This document shows, piece after piece, positions 37,914-48,529 of a stretch of DNA of 64,000 bases. Position numbers and translations under genes: made by a program. This DNA comes from an uncultured Candidatus Binatia bacterium. GTDB taxonomy: Bacteria > Desulfobacterota > Binatia > Bin18. The stretch is taken from NCBI GenBank assembly GCA_965200355.1, contig OZ241351.1, positions 1,714,426 through 1,778,425 on the forward strand, written 5' to 3'. Below the pieces are notes generated by a model. That model was not told the DNA's origin, did no database searches, and saw only the letters and a list, made by a program, of their open reading frames with translations. The stretch's first letter is position 1, and the number at the start of each line of letters is the position of its first letter.

Positions 37914-39434
37914 CTATGCTCCCCGTGCCCAGCGTGCAGCGTGGGTGCCGGCCAGCCGGCCGAAGACCGCGCCGCGCATCAGCCCGGAGCCGCCCGGATA
38001 GTTGCGATAGAAAAAGCCGCCGGTCATTTCGCCGGTTGCGAACAGGCCGGGGATGGGCCGGTCCAGATGATCGACGACCGCGGCCTCGGTGTTGATCCGC
38101 AGGCCGCCAAAGGTGAAGGTGATGCCGAGCGAGACCGGATAGGCATAAAAGGGTGGCCGGTCGAGCCGGGTCGCCCAGTTGGTTTTTTCCGGTTGTAGAC
38201 CCCGCGTCCGCTTGCCGTCTTTGCGGTCAGGGTCAAAAGGGCCGGCTTGGACCGCGGCGTTATAGGTCTCAAGCGTGGACAGGAAAGCCTCCCGGCGAAA
38301 ATCCAAAGCCGCGTAGCGCTCCTCAAGGCGGGCCGCCAGCTCGGTCAGACTGTCGGCGATAATGGGCGTGCCGGTGTTATAGCGCGTCTCCAACAGCGAA
38401 ACCGTCTGCTGGTCAAAGACCTGAAAAATGGTGGCGCTGCGTTGCTGTAAAATGTCACGCCCCATTCTGGCATAGGTGTACAAATTAAAATCCTCGCCCT
38501 CGTCAACAAACCGCTCGCCGTCCAGATTCAGCATGACCGAGAACGGGTAGGAGAGGCGGTTGGTTTTGTCGGTCAGCCGCAGGTCGCCATAGGCCGGGGC
38601 GTCGGCATCAATTGGTGTGGCATGACAGCCGGCCCATTCCCCATAACTCTGGGCCCCGACCGACAGGGCGGCGCGTGTCATCTCGCCGGTATTAAAACGG
38701 CTGCCTCTGACCTTGACGACGCTCCAGCTCGGGCCAAGATAGGCGGTCCGCATCTCCGGGTTGGCCTGAAACCCGCCGCTGGCCAGCACCAGGGCGTGAC
38801 AGGCGACGGTCTGCTGGCCGCTGGGGTCGCGGACGGCCAGACCCGTCACGCGACCATCCGCGGCGGTGAGAATACGCTGGGCCTGGGTTTCGTACCAGAC
38901 TGAAATGCCGGCTTCAGCCGCCAAGCGAAACAGGCTACTGGACAGCCGGACGCCTTCGCCTTTGGCGCGGAGTGCCCCGCCACGGGCGAGTTTGATCTTA
39001 TTGGCCCCGGCAATCGTGACCGGACCGACGGCCCGGTTCAACTCCCAGGCCACGCCCAAGTCGGCCATCCAGCGGACTGTATCGTATGAGCGGGAGATCA
39101 AGGTGTGGGTCAACGCCGGGTCGGCCTGGCCGGCGGTGACGCGGTTGATATCGTGCTGAAAGTCCTCCTGCGTATAGGGCTCGACTGTCACATCGCTCGG
39201 GTCATCGTTGTCGCCAATCAGCGCCATCAAGTCGTCGATACCGTTATAGGTGCAGCGGAACAGGCCGCCGGTAAAGCGGGTATTGCCGCCGCGTAATTTG
39301 GGGGGGGCCTTTTCGAGGACTAGGACCCGGACGCCCTCAGCCCGAGCGGCCAGCGCCGCGGTCAGGGCGGCGTTGCCGGCCCCGACCACGATCACGTCAA
39401 AGGTTGCTGATATGTGCTGCGCCGAATCTGCCAC
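37914..39434 (-). CDS. FAD-dependent oxidoreductase (fumarate reductase / succinate dehydrogenase flavoprotein-like; TcuA/KstD-like)
   Basis: GTG 39434 after gggaggg. FDVIVVGAGNAALTAALAA dinucleotide-binding motif. Confidence 0.65.
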   Translation of the reverse strand: MADSAQHISATFDVIVVGAGNAALTAALAARAEGVRVLVLEKAPPKLRGGNTRFTGGLFRCTYNGIDDLMALIGDNDDPSDVTVEPYTQEDFQHDINRVTAGQADPALTHTLISRSYDTVRWMADLGVAWELNRAVGPVTIAGANKIKLARGGALRAKGEGVRLSSSLFRLAAEAGISVWYETQAQRILTAADGRVTGLAVRDPSGQQTVACHALVLASGGFQANPEMRTAYLGPSWSVVKVRGSRFNTGEMTRAALSVGAQSYGEWAGCHATPIDADAPAYGDLRLTDKTNRLSYPFSVMLNLDGERFVDEGEDFNLYTYARMGRDILQQRSATIFQVFDQQTVSLLETRYNTGTPIIADSLTELAARLEERYAALDFRREAFLSTLETYNAAVQAGPFDPDRKDGKRTRGLQPEKTNWATRLDRPPFYAYPVSLGITFTFGGLRINTEAAVVDHLDRPIPGLFATGEMTGGFFYRNYPGGSGLMRGAVFGRLAGTHAARWARGA

Positions 39435-39593
39435 TGGCCGGCCCTCCCTGTGGCCGCCACTATAGCGTTTCTGGCCGGAGGGTGAATCCCCTGGCTTTTT
39501 CGCCCGCGTCTCTTGACCCCGGGATTCTTCTTGACATAGACAGGAAAAAACAACACTGGCTGTGCCGCCAGGCGACACAGCCAAAGAGGAGGG

Positions 39594-40091
39594 ATGGTTA
39601 TGAACCCACGCGGGATGTCCCATGTTGCCCTATGCACCAAGGACTTTGAGCGCTCCCTGCACTTCTACCGGGATTTGCTCGGCTTCAAGGTCGCTCAGGA
39701 GGGAACCACGGTTGAGGAGGGAGAGTACCAGCAGGGAATTTACAAGAAGAAAAACCAGCAGGTGCAGTTCGCCATTCTGCGCTACGGCAAGAAGGCCGCT
39801 ACGCCCTACGGCCTCAATGAAGATGCGCCGGTGATTGCGCTGATTGCGCCGATGCAGGGCAAACCAACCGGGAAACCCATCCTGGTGGACCAGGTTGGTA
39901 TTTCTCATTTTGGGGTGTGGGTGAAGGGGCTGAATCGAGTCCACAAAGACCTGGTGAGCAAGGGCGTGGAATTTGCCGCCCCCCCGCACGTCCTGGCCAA
40001 GACCAAAGAAGGCACCATCCGCAGCGCCTTTGTCAAAGACCCGGATGGCATCATTATTCAGTTGGACGAAATGGTGCCGGCTCGGAAATAG
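39594..40091 (+). CDS. VOC-family (glyoxalase/bleomycin-resistance/dioxygenase) protein
   Basis: ...MSHVALCTKDFERSLHFYRDLLGF... Confidence 0.7.
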   Translation: MVMNPRGMSHVALCTKDFERSLHFYRDLLGFKVAQEGTTVEEGEYQQGIYKKKNQQVQFAILRYGKKAATPYGLNEDAPVIALIAPMQGKPTGKPILVDQVGISHFGVWVKGLNRVHKDLVSKGVEFAAPPHVLAKTKEGTIRSAFVKDPDGIIIQLDEMVPARK

Positions 40092-40125
40092 CGGTCAGGA
40101 CCGGGGTGGGCCGGGACCTCTGCCG

Positions 40126-40902
40126 CTAATGTCCGACCTGTGTCGGCTGCGGCTGGGCCTGCTTGGTGCGGATGATTCTGGCCCGAGCGGCCATTGCCTC
40201 AGCCTCGTCCTGGCGGCTGAGCTTTTGCAGCAAATCGGTATATTTTTCGAGGAGGGTGGCCACCGCCGGATGGTCCGGGCCGAGTTGCTCCTCGCGGATA
40301 TCGAGCGCACGCCGAAAGAGCGGTTCGGCTTCGGCATACTGACCCCGAGCAAGGGCCAGCTCGGCCAGTCCGCTGAGGCTGGTTGAGACCGCGGGGTGGG
40401 TCGGCCCAAGCGCCTGCTGTCTGATGGTCAGCGACCGCCGAAAATACGACTCCGCCTCAGCGTAGCGCTCCTGGCTCATATAGACCGCGGCCAGATTGTT
40501 CAAACAATTGGTGATACGGTAATGCGTCGGACCCACCAGGGCCTCGGCGATTTTTAAGGCGCGCTGGAGGAAGGTCTCGGCTTCGGCATAGCGGCCGAGT
40601 TCTCGGTACAGCGAGGCCAAATTATTCAGGCTCTGCGCCACCCACGGATGGTGGGGGCCATAGTGTGCCTCTCTGATAGACAAGGCCCGCTCATAATAGC
40701 CAGCGGCTTCGGCGCGCTTGCCCTGATTATGCGACAAGCTGCCCAAGTTGTTCAGGACAACGGCCACGCGGGAATCTTGTGGGCCAAACTTTTCTGCCTC
40801 TTGGAGGGCGTCCCGGAAGTGTTGCTCGGCTTCGACATAATGTCCCTTTTGGTGCAGCCGTGCCCCGGCTCCGTTCTCCGTCTCCCAGTTGATGTCACTC
40901 AT
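40126..40902 (-). CDS. tetratricopeptide-repeat protein
   Basis: About 6 tandem TPRs (...AEAE.FLQRALKI...). Confidence 0.7.
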   Translation of the reverse strand: MSDINWETENGAGARLHQKGHYVEAEQHFRDALQEAEKFGPQDSRVAVVLNNLGSLSHNQGKRAEAAGYYERALSIREAHYGPHHPWVAQSLNNLASLYRELGRYAEAETFLQRALKIAEALVGPTHYRITNCLNNLAAVYMSQERYAEAESYFRRSLTIRQQALGPTHPAVSTSLSGLAELALARGQYAEAEPLFRRALDIREEQLGPDHPAVATLLEKYTDLLQKLSRQDEAEAMAARARIIRTKQAQPQPTQVGH

Positions 40903-40979
40903 GGCGCGCCCTCTTGTCCCGTGGTCTGCACCCGCCTGTCTGCCGCCCCGGTGAAAAGCTGCGAGGCGTTGAGGCAGAC

Positions 40980-42314
40980 TTAGGCGGCTTCCCGAATCAC
41001 CGGCATCCCGTCAGATGGAGCAAAGGTAATACTCCGCCGGATAACCCGCACGGTATGTCCCGGCACTGGCCGGAGTGAGACCCGAGACAATATCTGGGCG
41101 AGGACGATTTTCATCTCATAGGTGGCAAAGGCGGCCCCCAGACAGTGACGGACTCCTCCGCCAAAGGGGAAAAAGGTGTAGGGGTCCACCCGTTTCCCGA
41201 TAAACCGCTCGGGCTGAAACGTCTCAGGCTTGGGCCACAGGTCTGGCCGACGATGGGTGAGGTAGATACACGGCGCGGCGACCCAGCCGGCCGGCAGGTC
41301 GTACTCGCCAATTCGGGCCGGCCGGGCGAGGTAACGAGCGACGACTGGCACTATCGGATTGAGGCGGGCCGTCTCTTTGATGGTCGCATCGAGATAGGTC
41401 AGCTCAGAAACATGCTCGGCCCGGATGGGACCCCCGCCGACCACACTCCGGAGTTCGGCGTGAACTTTTTCGAGAATGTCCGGGTGTTGTAATAAATGGT
41501 GCATGACCCAGGCCAGCGAGGTGGCGGTCGTTTCGTGTCCGGCCAGCAGCATGGTGAGCATCTCATCCCGGAGCTCTTGCGCGCTCAGGGGCTGGCCGTC
41601 CTCGTCTCGGGCTTCGATGAGCAGGGCCATGATGTCGGTGCGTCCGTTTTGGGCGGCGGCTCTCCGCTGGGCAATCTGCTCATGCAGCACGGCGTCGATT
41701 TCGCGGCCGAGCTGACTGATGCGTTGCCACGCGGTGAGCGGCCCCAGGTTGATTTGCAGCCAACGGACGAGCAGCAGGGGGCTGTGCCCCACAAGTCTGA
41801 GAAACTCAATCAGCAAGGAGCGGAGTTTCTGGAGCAGGGCCCCTTCGTCCACACCAAAGACGGTCCGCAGAATAATATCAAGGGTGATCTCCCGCGTGTG
41901 TTGGTGAATGGGAAAGGGCTGTCCCACCGGCCAGGTGTCAATTGATCGGTCGGCAATCTCCCGCATGGTCTCGCCGTAGAGGCGCATACGTTCGCCATGA
42001 AACGGCGGCATGAGCAATTTCCGCTCGCGTTTGTGGCGCGCGCCATCGAGCAGCAGGACCGAGTTTTTGCCCAAAATCGGTTTGAGGATCACATTGGCCC
42101 GGCCGGCCAGGGCGTCTTCGGGCGAGGCGGTAAATATCTGTTGAATGGCAACCGGGTCACTGAAGAACGCAATCGGCGGCGTATTGAGCCAACGCAGGGT
42201 GAAACACTCCCCATACTCTTGGGCATATTTCCGCATGATGGGAATGGGCCGGCGCACCCAATCCAGCGTTTGAAACAGTCGGGGGCGCTTCGGACCAGGA
42301 GGGAGAGAGCTCAT
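40980..42314 (-). CDS. cytochrome P450
   Basis: Heme-binding FGGGVRHCLGAAFA; ExxR (ETARLNP). Confidence 0.85.
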   Translation of the reverse strand: MSSLPPGPKRPRLFQTLDWVRRPIPIMRKYAQEYGECFTLRWLNTPPIAFFSDPVAIQQIFTASPEDALAGRANVILKPILGKNSVLLLDGARHKRERKLLMPPFHGERMRLYGETMREIADRSIDTWPVGQPFPIHQHTREITLDIILRTVFGVDEGALLQKLRSLLIEFLRLVGHSPLLLVRWLQINLGPLTAWQRISQLGREIDAVLHEQIAQRRAAAQNGRTDIMALLIEARDEDGQPLSAQELRDEMLTMLLAGHETTATSLAWVMHHLLQHPDILEKVHAELRSVVGGGPIRAEHVSELTYLDATIKETARLNPIVPVVARYLARPARIGEYDLPAGWVAAPCIYLTHRRPDLWPKPETFQPERFIGKRVDPYTFFPFGGGVRHCLGAAFATYEMKIVLAQILSRVSLRPVPGHTVRVIRRSITFAPSDGMPVIREAA

Positions 42315-42379
42315 AGGGAAAGTCTACGAGACTCTGCGACAAAGGGCAAGGCGTGAACGCGGTAAGGCGGCACGCAGGA

Positions 42380-43576
42380 TCAAATCACCTCGTCGGCCTG
42401 CAACTGGCGAATCTCCACCGCGGACAGACCGAGCAGCTTCCTATACACCAGCTCATTATGTTCGCCCAGATTCGGACTCGGGGTGTCGTTGGGAGGCTGC
42501 TGGCCGTTGAAACGCCACGGCGTGCCGAGCACGGTGACCGGACCGGCGGCAGGATGGTCGATATCCTTGAGGATACCGCGTTCGCGCAGGTGGGGGTCGT
42601 TGAGGACTTCTTCGACCGTCTGGACCGCACCACAGGTGATGTCCGCCTCACCACACCGGCGCATGATCTCGTGTTTGGGCTGGTGTCTGGTCCAGGCACT
42701 GACAAGGGTGTCCACTTCATCCGCGTACTTGGCGCGGGCGCGGTTGGTCGCAAATTTTTCGTCCTGGGCCATATCCTCGCGGCCCATGAGGGTACACAAC
42801 GCCTGCCAACGCTGGTTGTCTGAGGTCAGCAACAAGACATAGCCGTCACTGGCCGGATAGCAGTTATACGGCGAGAAGGCGCGGTTCGGAGCCCGGTTGC
42901 CAGCACGCTCATAGCGGCCGCCCTGGGCGCGGTAGGCTGAGATTTGCGCGGTCAGGGGTCCAATGGCCGACTCAAACAGCGAGGTTTCTAATTCGAGCCC
43001 TTCTCCAGTCCGGTCGCGTTGATGGAGGGCCGCTAATACCCCTGCCGCAAAGTGAATGCCGGCCATGATGTCCATAATCGGTGGCCCGGCCTTCATGGGT
43101 GGTCCGGCTGGGTCGCCCGTCGTGCTCATAATGCCGGACAGGGCTTGGACAATAGAGTCAAAAGAAGGGTAGGCGCTATAGGGGCCGGTCTTGCCGTACC
43201 CCGAACTTGAGGCGTAAATAAGGCGGGGATTGAGGTGTTTTAAGACCTCATAGCCCAGCCCCAACTTGTCCATGGTCCCGGCGGCAAAATTCTCCATCAC
43301 AATATCAACCTGCGGAACAAATTGTTTGAACAGGGCTTTGCCGCGTTCGGATTTCAGATTCAGGGTAATGCCTTTTTTATTCGAGTTGAGCATCACAAAG
43401 GGATAGCTCTGCTTTTCGGTATCCGGGATGGGAAAAATAGTGCGCGCGCGCTCACCGTAGGGCCGCGGCTCGACCTTAATGACTTCCGCTCCCAGCAGGG
43501 CTAACACCTGGGTGGCATAGGGACCGTTAAAAACGTGGGTGAGATCAAGAACGCGGATATCGTCGAGTGCTCGCAT
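42380..43576 (-). CDS. CoA transferase, family III (CaiB/BaiF)
   Basis: ...IRVLDLTHVFNGPYATQVLALLGAEVIKVE... Confidence 0.85.
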   Translation of the reverse strand: MRALDDIRVLDLTHVFNGPYATQVLALLGAEVIKVEPRPYGERARTIFPIPDTEKQSYPFVMLNSNKKGITLNLKSERGKALFKQFVPQVDIVMENFAAGTMDKLGLGYEVLKHLNPRLIYASSSGYGKTGPYSAYPSFDSIVQALSGIMSTTGDPAGPPMKAGPPIMDIMAGIHFAAGVLAALHQRDRTGEGLELETSLFESAIGPLTAQISAYRAQGGRYERAGNRAPNRAFSPYNCYPASDGYVLLLTSDNQRWQALCTLMGREDMAQDEKFATNRARAKYADEVDTLVSAWTRHQPKHEIMRRCGEADITCGAVQTVEEVLNDPHLRERGILKDIDHPAAGPVTVLGTPWRFNGQQPPNDTPSPNLGEHNELVYRKLLGLSAVEIRQLQADEVI

Positions 43577-43700
43577 AACTACTTCCCCTCACCAGCGGTC
43601 AGCTATCAGGCGAGGTCGGGAAAGGCAAGCAAGGCCGGGGGATTTTCTGAGTGGAGCAGAAAGGAGTACAAAGAGGAGGATATACCCAGGGAGGGGGATT

Positions 43701-45137
43701 ATGCTTGATCTCATCATTAGCGGGGGAACCGTTGTGACACCCCACACCGTGGCGGAATTGGATGTTGGCATTGCTGGAGAGCATATTGTTGCCGTGGGCC
43801 AACCAGGCGGCCTGAAGGCCACGACCGGCCGGGTGATTGATGCCACAGGAAAAATCGTCTTGCCGGGCGGGATTGAGCCCCATGCGCATATTGGTATTCC
43901 CGTCCCGCCGGACTGGACCGGCCAGCCGGATGTGATGACCCAGCCGCCTGAAGCGGCCAGTCGGGCGGCGGCGTTCGGTGGGGTGACGACCATTATCGAC
44001 TTTGCCGGCGACCTGTCCCGCAAGGCCCTGCGCGGAGAACGCCGCCGCCCGCTGCTTGAGGTACTTGAACGCCGCCGGGCGGTCTTTCGCGACCACTGCT
44101 ATACGGACTTCGCCTTTCATTACATGCTGGCCGGAGAATGTGGCCACCAGGCCGCCGGCCAGATTGCTGAGGCATTACAAGAGGGCGTGGGCAGCTTCAA
44201 AATTTTTACCACCACGGAGGTCCGCATCCCGTATGGACATCTGTGGGAAATTTTTGCCGAAGTGGCCAAACACGGCGGGATGATGGCCGTTCACGCGGAA
44301 GAGGACGAAGTCGTGAACTATATGCTGGAAAAACTCAAACGCGAGGGCCGCGACCAGGCCTATAATATGCACCTCGTCCACAACAACCTGTCCGAAGACT
44401 TGGCTTTTCGGACGATCATTCGTCTGGCCGAACACACCGGCACCGGGGTGTATTTTGTGCATACCACGGCAAAAGAAGGGGTGCGCGCCATTGCCGAAGC
44501 GCGCCAGGCCGGCCAGCCCGTGTATGGCGAGGCCCTGCATCACTATCTGCATTTCACCTGTGAAGACTATAAAAAGCCGGACGGTATGGCGATTCATACC
44601 TATCCGGCGCTGAAATTTGCCGATGATAGAGATGAACTGGTTGACGGTTTACTCGACGGCCGCCTCTGCACCACGGCCACCGATGAGTATACGACCTATA
44701 AGGGCCCCAAACTGTTCAGCGACCGGATCGAATCCATCTGCGGCGGGCATAACGGCATCGAGACGCGCATCCCGGTGGCCTTCACAAAATGTGTGGTCGA
44801 ACGCAATATGCCGCTCCAGCGCTTTGCCGAGATCATCGCCACCAACGCGGCCAAAATTCTGGGCCTGTATCCGCAAAAGGGGGCCATTCAGCCGGGGAGC
44901 GATGCGGATATCGTCCTGCTTGACCCGCAGTTGACCCCAACGCTGGCGGTGGAGGATTTGCACGCCGACTCTGATTACAGCATTTGGGAGGGCTTTACCT
45001 GCCGGGGCTATCCGGTCATGACGATCTTGCGGGGCAAGGTAATTGTCGCAGACGGCAAGCTGCTCGGCCACTCGACCGACGGGCGCTGGCTGAAGCGCAA
45101 GGTTGGGGGCGATGTTCTGGTGCGGCCGGCGCTGTAA
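43701..45137 (+). CDS. cyclic amidohydrolase (dihydropyrimidinase / D-hydantoinase-like)
   Basis: ATG 43701 after gaggggg. ...GGIEPHAHIGIP... metal ligands. Full-length DHP/hydantoinase similarity. Confidence 0.8.
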   Translation: MLDLIISGGTVVTPHTVAELDVGIAGEHIVAVGQPGGLKATTGRVIDATGKIVLPGGIEPHAHIGIPVPPDWTGQPDVMTQPPEAASRAAAFGGVTTIIDFAGDLSRKALRGERRRPLLEVLERRRAVFRDHCYTDFAFHYMLAGECGHQAAGQIAEALQEGVGSFKIFTTTEVRIPYGHLWEIFAEVAKHGGMMAVHAEEDEVVNYMLEKLKREGRDQAYNMHLVHNNLSEDLAFRTIIRLAEHTGTGVYFVHTTAKEGVRAIAEARQAGQPVYGEALHHYLHFTCEDYKKPDGMAIHTYPALKFADDRDELVDGLLDGRLCTTATDEYTTYKGPKLFSDRIESICGGHNGIETRIPVAFTKCVVERNMPLQRFAEIIATNAAKILGLYPQKGAIQPGSDADIVLLDPQLTPTLAVEDLHADSDYSIWEGFTCRGYPVMTILRGKVIVADGKLLGHSTDGRWLKRKVGGDVLVRPAL

Positions 45138-45158
45138 TGCTCTTATCATGGCCCTGTC

Positions 45159-45950
45159 ATGCCGACCTGGGACCCGCAGCAATACCAGCGCTTTCAAAAG
45201 GAGCGCGCCCAGCCGTTCTTCGATTTAGTGCAGCGTCTGCCAGAGGGGGAGGTGACCACCGTGGCCGATCTGGGCTGCGGACCAGGGACGCTCACGGCAA
45301 CCCTGCCCGCACGCTGGCCACACGCAACCGTGTGGGGGGTGGATCATTCGCCCCAGATGTTGGCCAGAGCCAGGGCGTTGCCGGCGCAGCCCCGACTGCA
45401 TTTTGTGGAAGCCGACCTTGTTGAGTGGTCGCCCCCGCGGCGGCTGGACCGCATCATCTCGAACGCGGCCCTGCACTGGCTGCCCGAGCACCAGGCCGTT
45501 TTGCCGCACTTGGTCAGCCGGCTGGCCCCACACGGCGTATTCGCCGTGCAGATGCCGAACAATCAGACCGAGGCCGCCCACCGGCTGCTGCGCGAGTCCA
45601 CTCAGCAAGAGCCGTGGCGCTCGCTGCTGGCTGGCGCGGAGGAGCAGACCAGCCTACAGTCTCCCCGCTGGTACGCCCACACGCTCCACCGTCTCGGGTG
45701 TACGGTTCAGGTGTGGGAGACGATTTATTATCACCTCTTGTCGGGTGAGAATGCCGTCCTGGAATGGATGAAAGGCACGGCCCTGCGACCAACGCTGGCG
45801 CGCCTGGGCCAACGCCTCGGTCAGGACGGACAGGCCGCCTTTCTGGAGATGTACGGCCAGCAGCTCGCCCAGGCGTATCCAGCTGGCCCGAACGGGACGC
45901 TGTTTCCTTTTCGGCGGTTGTTCTTTATTGCGCAGCGCCCTGCGCCCTGA
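45159..45950 (+). CDS. tam: trans-aconitate 2-methyltransferase-like SAM-dependent methyltransferase
   Basis: MPTWDPQQYQRFQKERAQPFFDL...VADLGCGPGTLT (Tam N-terminus plus motif I). Confidence 0.75.
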   Translation: MPTWDPQQYQRFQKERAQPFFDLVQRLPEGEVTTVADLGCGPGTLTATLPARWPHATVWGVDHSPQMLARARALPAQPRLHFVEADLVEWSPPRRLDRIISNAALHWLPEHQAVLPHLVSRLAPHGVFAVQMPNNQTEAAHRLLRESTQQEPWRSLLAGAEEQTSLQSPRWYAHTLHRLGCTVQVWETIYYHLLSGENAVLEWMKGTALRPTLARLGQRLGQDGQAAFLEMYGQQLAQAYPAGPNGTLFPFRRLFFIAQRPAP

Positions 45951-46056
45951 TACCACTCCGGGCCACCTGGCCGCTCACGTGGGTCTCCCGGAGTCGGTTG
46001 AGCATCGTGTCAGCCGACGGGCGGGCAGATGTCACGAGTGGTGTTGAGAGGCTATT

Positions 46057-47286
46057 GTGTCAGACAGCACGCCCAACCGCGCGATCTTTATTCTGGCCGG
46101 AGCAGTGTTTGCCACCATGCTGGGAAACGGCATGGTGATGCCCTTTATTCCGGTGTATGTCGCGCAATTCGGCCTGGGCGGTCTGGGGGCGGGCTTGCTG
46201 TTCAGCGTTCATGCCGCGACCCGGACCGCCTTGCTGCCGTTCATCGGACGGGCGTCCGACCGCTGGGGCCGGCGTGGCTTTCTGCTGGTCGGGGTGCTGT
46301 TCTACGCCTTGGCGTCCCTGGCCTATCCCCTGGCCGACCGAGTCGCCGCCTTTGTCGGCATTATGGCGGTCCACGGCACGGGCATGGCCATCGTCCATCT
46401 GGTGTCCCTGGCCTATGTCGGCGACCTGGCCCCGCGTGGCGAGGAGGGTCGGTACAGCGGCTATATGAATACCGCCCTGTTGGGCGGGATTGCCGGCGGG
46501 CCGGTCCTGGGCGGAGTGATCCGCGACCTGTCTTCCATGTCGGTCAATTTTCTGACGATGAGCGTCTTGAGCGGCGTGTCTTTTGTGTTGCTGGCAGTTC
46601 TGCTGCCCCCGGTTGAATCCATCCGAACCGGACCAAAACCCCCCCGGCATACACCTGGTGCGCTATGGCAATTGCTGACCTGTCGTCCGGTTGTCGGGGT
46701 GGCGAGCTTTCGTCTCGCCTATGCGTGTACGAACGCCTTGATCTGGATATTTCTGCCGGTTCTGGCCGCCCGGCTGTGGACGTTATCTCCCACCCAGATT
46801 GGGGTGTTAATCTCTGTCAATGTGATGGTCAGCACTGTGCTACAGGCCCCCTGCGGCCGGCTGGCCGACCGCAAGCCGAAGGCGGTGCTGATTGCCCTGG
46901 GCGGGGTGGGCAGCGCCCTGGCCCTGGCCGCCTTTCCGTTGGCGGCCGTGTTCTGGCAGGTGCTGGCCCTCAATATCTGTATCGGTGGCTGCTATGGCTT
47001 GGCCTTCCCGGCCCATACCGCAGTGGGTATGGAGAACGCCGGTTCATACGGCATGGCCACCGTCATGAGCCTGCTGATGATGTCGCATGGCGCTGGCATG
47101 ATGGTCGGGCCGCTGCTGTTCGGCGCCATTGCAGACCAGCTGAGTCTGGCCTGGGCGTTCTGGGCCGGCGGGCTGATCAACCTCGGCCTGGTCAGCGCCT
47201 GCTGGCTCTTGCTGGTCGGCGCGCCGCCCAAGCGGCAAGCCGACCCGCTCCGACCCGCGAACACCGACCCCGTTGAGGCCGACTAA
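46057..47286 (+). CDS. MFS transporter
   Basis: 12 TM helices. Motif A-like ...GRASDRWGRRGFLLVG. Confidence 0.8.
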   Translation: MSDSTPNRAIFILAGAVFATMLGNGMVMPFIPVYVAQFGLGGLGAGLLFSVHAATRTALLPFIGRASDRWGRRGFLLVGVLFYALASLAYPLADRVAAFVGIMAVHGTGMAIVHLVSLAYVGDLAPRGEEGRYSGYMNTALLGGIAGGPVLGGVIRDLSSMSVNFLTMSVLSGVSFVLLAVLLPPVESIRTGPKPPRHTPGALWQLLTCRPVVGVASFRLAYACTNALIWIFLPVLAARLWTLSPTQIGVLISVNVMVSTVLQAPCGRLADRKPKAVLIALGGVGSALALAAFPLAAVFWQVLALNICIGGCYGLAFPAHTAVGMENAGSYGMATVMSLLMMSHGAGMMVGPLLFGAIADQLSLAWAFWAGGLINLGLVSACWLLLVGAPPKRQADPLRPANTDPVEAD

Positions 47287-48380
47287 AAGAATTTAATCAC
47301 GCTGCGGGCCACCCCACCGCCCTCTTTTAAGAGGTCGTAGGCTTCGTTGACCTGTTCGAGCGCGAAGGTCTTGGAGACCAACTCATCGATCTTGATCTTT
47401 TTATCCACATACATGTCGATCAAGCGGGGCATGTCGATACGGGGACGGGTCGAACCGTAGTACGAGCCCTGAATCCGCTTTTCCATCAAACAAAAGATGT
47501 TCGGATTGAGTGAGATGCGCGCGCCGTCGGGCGACACGCCGACCACCGTACACAACCCGCCCCGGCCCGTCATCTTGAAGGCCAGCTCGATGGTCTTGGC
47601 CGTGCTGATGACCTCAAAGGCATAGTCAACACCCCGCCCGTGGGTAAGCTCCATCACCGCCTTGAAGGCGTCGTCCTGGCCGGGATTGATGGTATGGGTC
47701 GCGCCGAAAGTCTTGGCAAACTCCAGTTTCGAGTCGAGCAGATCGACCGCAATCACCTGCCGCGCCCCAGCCAGCGCGCAGCCCTGAATAACGTTGAGGC
47801 CCACGCCCCCACACCCAATGACCACCGTAGAGGAGCCGGGCTGGACATTCGCGGTGTTGACCGCCGCCCCCACCCCGGTCATGGTCCCGCAGCCCACAAA
47901 ACACGCCCGGTCGAGCGGAACGTCGTCTCGAATTTTGATGGCGCAGCTCTCGTGGACAACGGTCTCTTCGGCAAACGAGGCCGTGTACGCAAAATGAAAT
48001 ATCTCCTCATTGTTCTTGCGCAGGCGTGTCGTCCCGTCCACGAGCGTGCCGAGTGCTCTGGGCCGGGTTTCACACAGATGCGGTTTGCCCTGCGTACAAT
48101 AATGGCAGGTGCCGCACACCGGGTTGAACGACAGCACAACATGGTCGCCCTCTTTGACCGAGGTCACGCCAGCGCCCACCTCGACTACCACCCCAGCCCC
48201 CTCATGGCCCAGCACCATGGGCAGCGGCATCCGCATATCGCCGGTCATGACGTGCAAGTCACTATGACAGGCCCCGTTGGCCGCCACCTTGACCTTGACC
48301 TCGCCGGCCTTGGGCGGGTCAAGATGTAAATCTTCAATCACGAGTGGTTTGTTCGGCTCATATAATACCGCAGCTTTCAT
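47283..48380 (-). CDS. zinc-dependent alcohol dehydrogenase (class III / formaldehyde dehydrogenase-like)
   Basis: ATG 48380 after ggaggg. ...GHEGAGVVVEVG... and C..C..C..C structural-Zn motif. The longer 447-aa ORF is an upstream over-extension. Confidence 0.8.
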   Translation of the reverse strand: MKAAVLYEPNKPLVIEDLHLDPPKAGEVKVKVAANGACHSDLHVMTGDMRMPLPMVLGHEGAGVVVEVGAGVTSVKEGDHVVLSFNPVCGTCHYCTQGKPHLCETRPRALGTLVDGTTRLRKNNEEIFHFAYTASFAEETVVHESCAIKIRDDVPLDRACFVGCGTMTGVGAAVNTANVQPGSSTVVIGCGGVGLNVIQGCALAGARQVIAVDLLDSKLEFAKTFGATHTINPGQDDAFKAVMELTHGRGVDYAFEVISTAKTIELAFKMTGRGGLCTVVGVSPDGARISLNPNIFCLMEKRIQGSYYGSTRPRIDMPRLIDMYVDKKIKIDELVSKTFALEQVNEAYDLLKEGGGVARSVIKFF

Positions 48381-48529
48381 GGCCCTTCCCTCCTGTCGAT
48401 ACAAGCTCTCCCGTAGGAACTTGGAATGATAAACGGCTCGACGGGCGCTGTCCATCCGATTCCCACCAGGGCCGGCCAGGCATCGGGCCGGACTTTCACT
48501 GCTCCGACAAAGCAAGTTATAGTGCCGGG

